Below are positions 55,640 through 60,447 of a stretch of 60,447 bases of DNA, in pieces. The position numbers and the translations under genes were made by a program. The notes below the pieces were generated by a model. That model saw nothing but the letters and a program-made list of their open reading frames with translations. It did not search any database and was not told where the DNA came from. Source of the DNA: Anaerolineae bacterium (GTDB lineage Bacteria; Chloroflexota; Anaerolineae; UBA1429); contig SLPC01000048.1 in assembly GCA_007132185.1 (NCBI GenBank), forward strand, positions 1 through 60,447, in the 5' to 3' direction. Within the stretch, counting starts at the first letter, position 1, and the number at the start of each line of letters is the position of its first letter.

Positions 55640-57673
55640 CTAGGCCTCAAAGAACCACTGCTCCGGAAACTCGGGGAAGGACCAGAGGGTATCCCAGGTC
55701 CACAGACCACCATGTTCGCTGACATTCTTGAGGTTATTTCGAATGAACAGCGGGTGGGGCGCATTGCCGATGGCGCCAATGGTCCAGACATGCTCGGCCT
55801 GGCTCTCCAGAACCCTAGCGGCCGGCTCATTCTCATCGGTGAGGTTGTACTCATCCATCCAGTCGTATAGGTCTTTGATCACTTGCGGGGGCTCTTCGCC
55901 CATGTCGCCGCCGGTGTTGTACCAGCGACCCCACAACACGCCCCAGCAGCTCTCGTCACCGTCCAGCGGCGTAAAGAACTTGGGCCGGCGCAGGAACAGG
56001 GTATCAGCCGACTCGTCGCCGTGCCACAACGACATCGGCTCTTCGTTGGCGATGATCTTTTGCGTCAGAAGCGTGCGGGTGATCGACTGCCACCGGATCT
56101 CGATGCCGACAGCCTTCCAGTACTCTTCCACCAGCTCGGTGATGGGGCCCTTGGGCGTCTCGGTCTCGACCAGGTCCCAGCCGATGATGATCGGAGTCTT
56201 GCTTACAGGCCAGAGCCTGTGGGTGCCAGCGGCGTTCCACTCCAGGCCCATCTCGTCCAACAGCGCATTGGCCCGATCCCGATCGAACTCGGCATATGCC
56301 TGGGCGTACTCGGGCTTGTAGTGCCGCGAGGCCGGGATGACAGTCATCTGCGTCTCACTGGCGTTGCCAAAGTAGATGACGTCGTTGATGTCGCCCCGGT
56401 TGATGGCCAGCGACAGCGCCTGGCGGAAGCGGTCATCGGAGAACACCTCGCGCCACTCTTCTTCTTCCCAGTTCATATTGACGTTGTAGACCACTTCGCC
56501 GCCCTTGCCCGACTCCCACAGAATCATGCGCGCATCGGACTGGGCCGCGCCGTCTGCATACGTGGCATAGTACAGGATACGCAACTGGAATGCGGCGAAA
56601 TCATAGGTGCCGCCCACGACCTTGGCATCAAAGACCGACAGGTCCGCAGCGCGATCCATGTTGATCTGGTCGATGTAGGGAAGCTGATTCCCCTCGGGGT
56701 CCACTGCATGATAGTAAGGGTTCCGCTCGAGGAATACCATGGTCGGCGTGTCGCGAACAGGGACATAAGTCTCCAAGAAAGGCCGATCGATGTTCTGGCC
56801 GCGGTTGTTCTTCTGGCCATGATTCTGATACCAGAAATCAAAGCCATCTTCCTTCGCCAGATCTTCAGCCTTGTCATTGTACTTGATGTCAAACTGCTTC
56901 AGATAGTGGGCGGGGCAGAAGGTCTGGTTACCCCAAAAGCCGTACAAGTGAGCCATGTTGACCAGCACAAACGACGGATGCGGCTGGGCAAAGGTGAGCT
57001 TGAAGGTATAGTCATCGATGATGTCAAGCTCCATGATCTGGCCGCCGGGGCGGAACCACATGCCGGGCACCGGGGTGATCTCGGTGTCCAGAAGAATATC
57101 CTCAAACCAGTAGCGGATATCCTCGGTGGTCAGCGGCGCGCCATCGGACCATTTCATGCCCCTGCGCATGTAGCACGTGATCTCGGTAAAGTCATCGCTG
57201 ACTTCCCAGTCCTTCATGATATGCGGCACGGCGTGGGTCGCATCTTTCGAGATGCGCAACCAGTTGGGACGATCCATAGCCATATGGACATCGCCACCAG
57301 ACAGGTTCATGGTCAGGTCACCGACAGTCAGGGTGCCACCATAGTCGCCAATCCGCTCGTAGACTTCACAGACGCGGGGCTCCTCAGGCAGGCGCTCGTC
57401 CACAGGCGGGAGCTCGCCACGTGCAACGCGGGCAGCTAACATGGGGGACTCGCCGTACTTGTCGGGCGGAGGCGCGACCTCGACCTCTTTTTCGACGATG
57501 ACTTCCTTCTCGACGACTACTTCCTTTTCGACCTCTTTTTCGACGATAACCGTCTCTTGGACGATCTTTTCGACCACCTCAGGCTCACGAGCGCAGGCTG
57601 CTATGGCTACGCCAGCGGCTGTCAGGCTGGTCAGTCGAATAAAGTCGCGACGCGTGTGCTTCTTCAGATCCAT
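55640..57673 (-). CDS. ABC transporter substrate-binding lipoprotein, family 5 (oligopeptide/oligosaccharide type), Tat-type signal
   Basis: Signal RRDFIRLTSLTAAGVAIAA|C, then a V/E tether, then a large family-5-like body. RBS GGAGG lies 6 nt before the ATG. Confidence 0.8.
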   Translation of the reverse strand: MDLKKHTRRDFIRLTSLTAAGVAIAACAREPEVVEKIVQETVIVEKEVEKEVVVEKEVIVEKEVEVAPPPDKYGESPMLAARVARGELPPVDERLPEEPRVCEVYERIGDYGGTLTVGDLTMNLSGGDVHMAMDRPNWLRISKDATHAVPHIMKDWEVSDDFTEITCYMRRGMKWSDGAPLTTEDIRYWFEDILLDTEITPVPGMWFRPGGQIMELDIIDDYTFKLTFAQPHPSFVLVNMAHLYGFWGNQTFCPAHYLKQFDIKYNDKAEDLAKEDGFDFWYQNHGQKNNRGQNIDRPFLETYVPVRDTPTMVFLERNPYYHAVDPEGNQLPYIDQINMDRAADLSVFDAKVVGGTYDFAAFQLRILYYATYADGAAQSDARMILWESGKGGEVVYNVNMNWEEEEWREVFSDDRFRQALSLAINRGDINDVIYFGNASETQMTVIPASRHYKPEYAQAYAEFDRDRANALLDEMGLEWNAAGTHRLWPVSKTPIIIGWDLVETETPKGPITELVEEYWKAVGIEIRWQSITRTLLTQKIIANEEPMSLWHGDESADTLFLRRPKFFTPLDGDESCWGVLWGRWYNTGGDMGEEPPQVIKDLYDWMDEYNLTDENEPAARVLESQAEHVWTIGAIGNAPHPLFIRNNLKNVSEHGGLWTWDTLWSFPEFPEQWFFEA
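57476..57583 (-). repeat. Short tandem GAG/GTC-type repeats encoding a V/E-alternating tether
   Basis: Encodes PEVVEKIVQETVIVEKEVEKEVVVEKEVIVEKEVEV directly after the lipobox. Confidence 0.8.
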
Positions 57674-58018
57674 TGTGTACCTCCATGTACAGACAAGACG
57701 CTACACTATGCAGCCAAGACATGACCAGACGGGGTTATAGGCTGCTACGCGCGGAAATAGGGTTGGCCAGTAGGCATCTCCTCCTTCTTCAAGAGGCGTA
57801 CCAGAGCTACAGGTATAAGCGTGGAGAGCGGTGATGCCGACTCTCACACGATGTATGAGCGACCTGTAGCAGAGACGCCTCATTTGGCTGGCATACGAAA
57901 AGAGCAATACGGCAGAGAGGTTGTGGAGCGACTGCTTTACTGTGATGTCAATTGCTACCGCTTGCCAACCAATTGAGCCAACAGTGGATCTGAGAGTAAA
58001 TCCCTCAGGCTCATCGTT

Positions 58019-58047
58019 ACTCTACGATAGCAAACGAATCTTGTCAA
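58019..58047 (-). promoter_or_regulatory. Candidate promoter giving a leader of about 340 nt for the family-5 binding-protein gene
   Basis: On the minus strand: TTGACA (58047-58042), 17-nt spacer, TAGAGT (58024-58019). Confidence 0.45.
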
Positions 58048-58085
58048 GTAGGCGTCCACCCTCTGCGCAACCGGACGTTTGCAGC

Positions 58086-59213
58086 CTACTCGAGAGTCTG
58101 CGTCTGCTGGTTGCGCGCCCAAGCGGCCACCAGCTTGACCCGCTCGATGGCCTCGGGCCCGGCGCCTTCGGGCACCTCATCGGAGATGCCCAATACCAGG
58201 CGTGGGTGAAACAACGCCAAGATACGTTCTACCGTGGACATGAGCTCATCAAGGCTATAAGACGGCATAAAGAGCACCGCCGGGATACCATCCAGCAGGA
58301 TCTTGTCGCCCAGATGCTCGGCCATCTCTTCCAGAGTGACATCCCCCTGAGGCTCGGGGGTCAACGCTTCCAGACCATCAAAGGGCAGATCCTTGAGGTA
58401 GGGCAGCAGCGAGTGGAAATAACCGTCGAGGTGGATATGAGTAAAGATACCGGCGCGGGCGAATTGCCCGGCACGCTTTGCATACCAGGGCAACAGGTAC
58501 CGCTCGAACCAGGCCGGTGAAAAGAGGCTATCGTGGAGATTCTCGCCAAAGTTGACGATCTGCACGTCATCGCAGCTCGTGATCTGCTCATACAACGGGT
58601 CATAGGCATCATCGATAGCCTGCATCACATCGGTCACCAGCCCCGGCACATCGGCAATGGCGTACACCAGATCGGGCAGCTTCATCCACCACTGGGCCAA
58701 CGCCTGATACGGGCTCTTGGGTACCCAGAACTGGGGCACCCCCCGCTCGCCAACAAAGAGGCTCCCTGCGGTAAACAGGTCCCGCGAAAAGCTATAGCGG
58801 GTGTGCCGCAGGAGCCAGAGCAGGGCGCGGAGGTCCTCGGGGCCTTTGACCGGGAAATCCACGACGCGCCAGGTCTTGTCGCGGGTCAGATGCTGCCGCT
58901 CCACCAGCTCCCCCCGGGGCGTTACGAACACGCGGGTCTTTAGGGGGCCCTCAGTTGACTCGTGCAGTGTAACCGCCTGGTCATACTCGACCCGAACCGG
59001 CGAGGGCAGATCGGTGTAATAGTCAAAGGTGCGCATGCTACAGTCACATGCATCATAGAATTGGCGCATGTCCATGTCACGATAGGTCTCAGGGAGGGCG
59101 TCAAAGATCCGGTGCCAGGCGAACCAGGGTTCCATGCGGGGTTGAAACAGAACGTGGGGGATTGGCTCGCGCTGAAATAGGCGCAGGTTCATCTCTCGAA
59201 AACTCATGACCAT
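58086..59213 (-). CDS. Uncharacterised protein (possibly uroporphyrinogen-decarboxylase-like TIM barrel; tentative)
   Basis: 375 aa. ATG 59213 lies 6 nt after GGAGG (minus strand). Coding composition is good. I recognised no diagnostic motif with confidence. Confidence 0.6.
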   Translation of the reverse strand: MVMSFREMNLRLFQREPIPHVLFQPRMEPWFAWHRIFDALPETYRDMDMRQFYDACDCSMRTFDYYTDLPSPVRVEYDQAVTLHESTEGPLKTRVFVTPRGELVERQHLTRDKTWRVVDFPVKGPEDLRALLWLLRHTRYSFSRDLFTAGSLFVGERGVPQFWVPKSPYQALAQWWMKLPDLVYAIADVPGLVTDVMQAIDDAYDPLYEQITSCDDVQIVNFGENLHDSLFSPAWFERYLLPWYAKRAGQFARAGIFTHIHLDGYFHSLLPYLKDLPFDGLEALTPEPQGDVTLEEMAEHLGDKILLDGIPAVLFMPSYSLDELMSTVERILALFHPRLVLGISDEVPEGAGPEAIERVKLVAAWARNQQTQTLE

Positions 59214-59304
59214 GTGGCCCCTCCTAGACGGATCATGTCTATACAGCGGGCGCAGCATAGCAGCAGTAGACGGGAGACGTCAACGCAGAGCGAGGGTATC
59301 GCCG

Positions 59305-59342
59305 AACGACAAAAGGGGCATGGCACCATTGCGCCACGCCCC
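59305..59342 (-). terminator. Intrinsic terminator (minus strand)
   Basis: On the minus strand: GGGGCGTGGC-8 nt-GCCATGCCCC (10 bp, one G-U pair) followed by TTTTGTCGTT. Confidence 0.65.
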
Positions 59343-60282
59343 TTGTAGACAAGACAGAACCCCAAGTGACCTTTGATCAGTAATCCATTGCTTTACTGGC
59401 TGATCTTCCGAGATCGTTCTCGCCTCGTCTATATCGTTCCTGATGCTGACGGGTTACCGTGCCAGTCATCATTTCCGATCTTTCAAGTTCGAGATGTCTA
59501 CTCTCGGACTGTCTTTTCACTGGCTCGCTTCACTTGTCTTTTCAACAAGCTACTTGCTTGTGGGTCTTTCAAACTGACTCTCAGATATCCTCTGAACTGG
59601 CCCTCTTACTCGATCCGCTCCGGACGGATCTTTTAGTGAGCGTGCTGCTCTGCTTTGGCTCTCGTTGTCAGACGATTGCCTTTGCTTTGCATCTCGCCCT
59701 TTTTGGTTCTTTCCTCGTCAGGGTTTTTACCCCTGACTCGTTTCGGAACCTCTGGGTTCGTTCTTCCTAGAACCTCTCTCTTGTGGGTTGTTAGACCACA
59801 AGTTATGAGACTCTATTTTGAGCATTGGCCCTTCCGTCTACTCAGAGTCTCTAGCTATTGCTATTGACTCGAGCTTTCTTCAGAGATCTCCCATCAGGAG
59901 GAACCATTCTTACGTGGTTCTCTTCCATCTGAGTCGTGATTCCTTTACCTGCTGATGGATTTCTCCATCGCCCTGCAAAAGTCTCTTGACCCTTTGCCTT
60001 CCACCATGGATACTTTCGGGTTCGCCCGGTATCACAGGCCTTCCCTGCTGTTCCTAGTTTCCAGCTCTGAGATCTCCCTTTCCGGTGTTATGCTGCTCCC
60101 TTTCGGGTTGGTACCTTGCACCTTCTTGGGCTTTGCTCTTTGTTAATCTGACGAGTCGCCTACAGTTTGAGCGACCTACTCCCGTGAGCAGTGCAGATGT
60201 TCTGCTCTGGTCACGTTTGCCAGTTTCCCGACTGTCAGGCCAGTTCCGCTGTGGAACTGTCATCAACCTCTCGGGGTCCTGT
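59305..60282 (-). ncRNA. Candidate large purine-rich noncoding RNA of about 980 nt (class unknown)
   Basis: It runs from the near-consensus promoter at 60317-60289 to the terminator at 59342-59305. The only minus-strand ORF of 60 aa or more is the basic low-complexity reading 60054-60410, whose start lies upstream of the promoter; from its internal Met at 60263 it is 69 aa. The plus strand is about 70% pyrimidine in the lines I counted. Multiple 5-7 bp hairpins are present, some GAAA-capped. Confidence 0.45.
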
Positions 60283-60288
60283 AAAAGT

Positions 60289-60317
60289 ATAATAGCATAC
60301 GTGAGCTGAATTGTCAA
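60289..60317 (-). promoter_or_regulatory. Near-consensus sigma-70-type promoter (closest to consensus in the window)
   Basis: On the minus strand: TTGACA (60317-60312), 17-nt spacer, TATTAT (60294-60289). Confidence 0.6.
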
Positions 60318-60447
60318 GGGTTTGCAAGCCCTTTCCGCCCTCTTTCGCTCAGGGTTCACCTGGCAAAATCGTCGTATTATCCAGACTGGATTGCGCCCTC
60401 GGGCATACAACGCAGGTTCCCTTGTGCCTGGGCGAGCCGTTCTGGAG

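Noticed and set aside
59373-60309. Plus-strand ORFs of 63-103 aa across the right-hand low-GC region.
   Set aside because: They overlap in all three frames and are L/S/F/C-rich with no SDs. This is what a pyrimidine-rich strand produces, because it seldom contains stop codons.
60054-60410. 118-aa minus-strand ORF at the window edge.
   Set aside because: It starts upstream of, and reads through, the TTGACA/TATTAT promoter. Its product is basic and low-complexity. Only its last 69 codons lie in the predicted transcript, and the SD spacing there is poor. I keep it as a caveat but do not call it a gene.

Overview
High-GC bacterial chromosomal segment. The gene content and the V/E-rich tethers on lipoprotein solute-binding proteins suggest a Chloroflexota-like organism; this is inference only. 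I found no tRNA, rRNA, CRISPR array, transposase or integrase.

Coding content in order:
- A translationally coupled PBP1C-like penicillin-binding protein and a 1960-aa alpha-2-macroglobulin with an intact CVEQ thioester.
- trxB.
- A deacetylase-rqcH-zincin operon.
- A Trp-specific T-box leader followed by trpE-trpGD-trpC-trpF-trpB-trpA.
- An ICMT-like methyltransferase, an APH-like kinase, a ferredoxin and xylB.
- An oxidoreductase / unknown / enolase-superfamily dehydratase operon.
- pstS-pstC-pstA-pstB-pstB-phoU.
- A nine-gene operon of three Gfo/Idh/MocA oxidoreductases plus six tandem xylose-isomerase-like TIM-barrel paralogues.
- A DUF89 protein, mutS2 and uvrC.
- A CUT1-type ABC locus with one binding protein and two tandem fused (MalF+MalG-type) permeases.
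- RraA-like and DeoC-like genes, an orphan family-5 binding protein, and an uncharacterised gene.

The parts least explained by standard annotation:
1. An ORF-poor, purine-rich unit of about 1 kb at the right edge (minus strand, about 60282 to 59305), bounded by a near-consensus promoter and an intrinsic terminator.
2. A similar unit of about 415 nt between uvrC and the ABC locus (47177-47591).
3. The 3+6 oxidoreductase/TIM-barrel array.

All product calls come from motifs read by eye. No database search was run.
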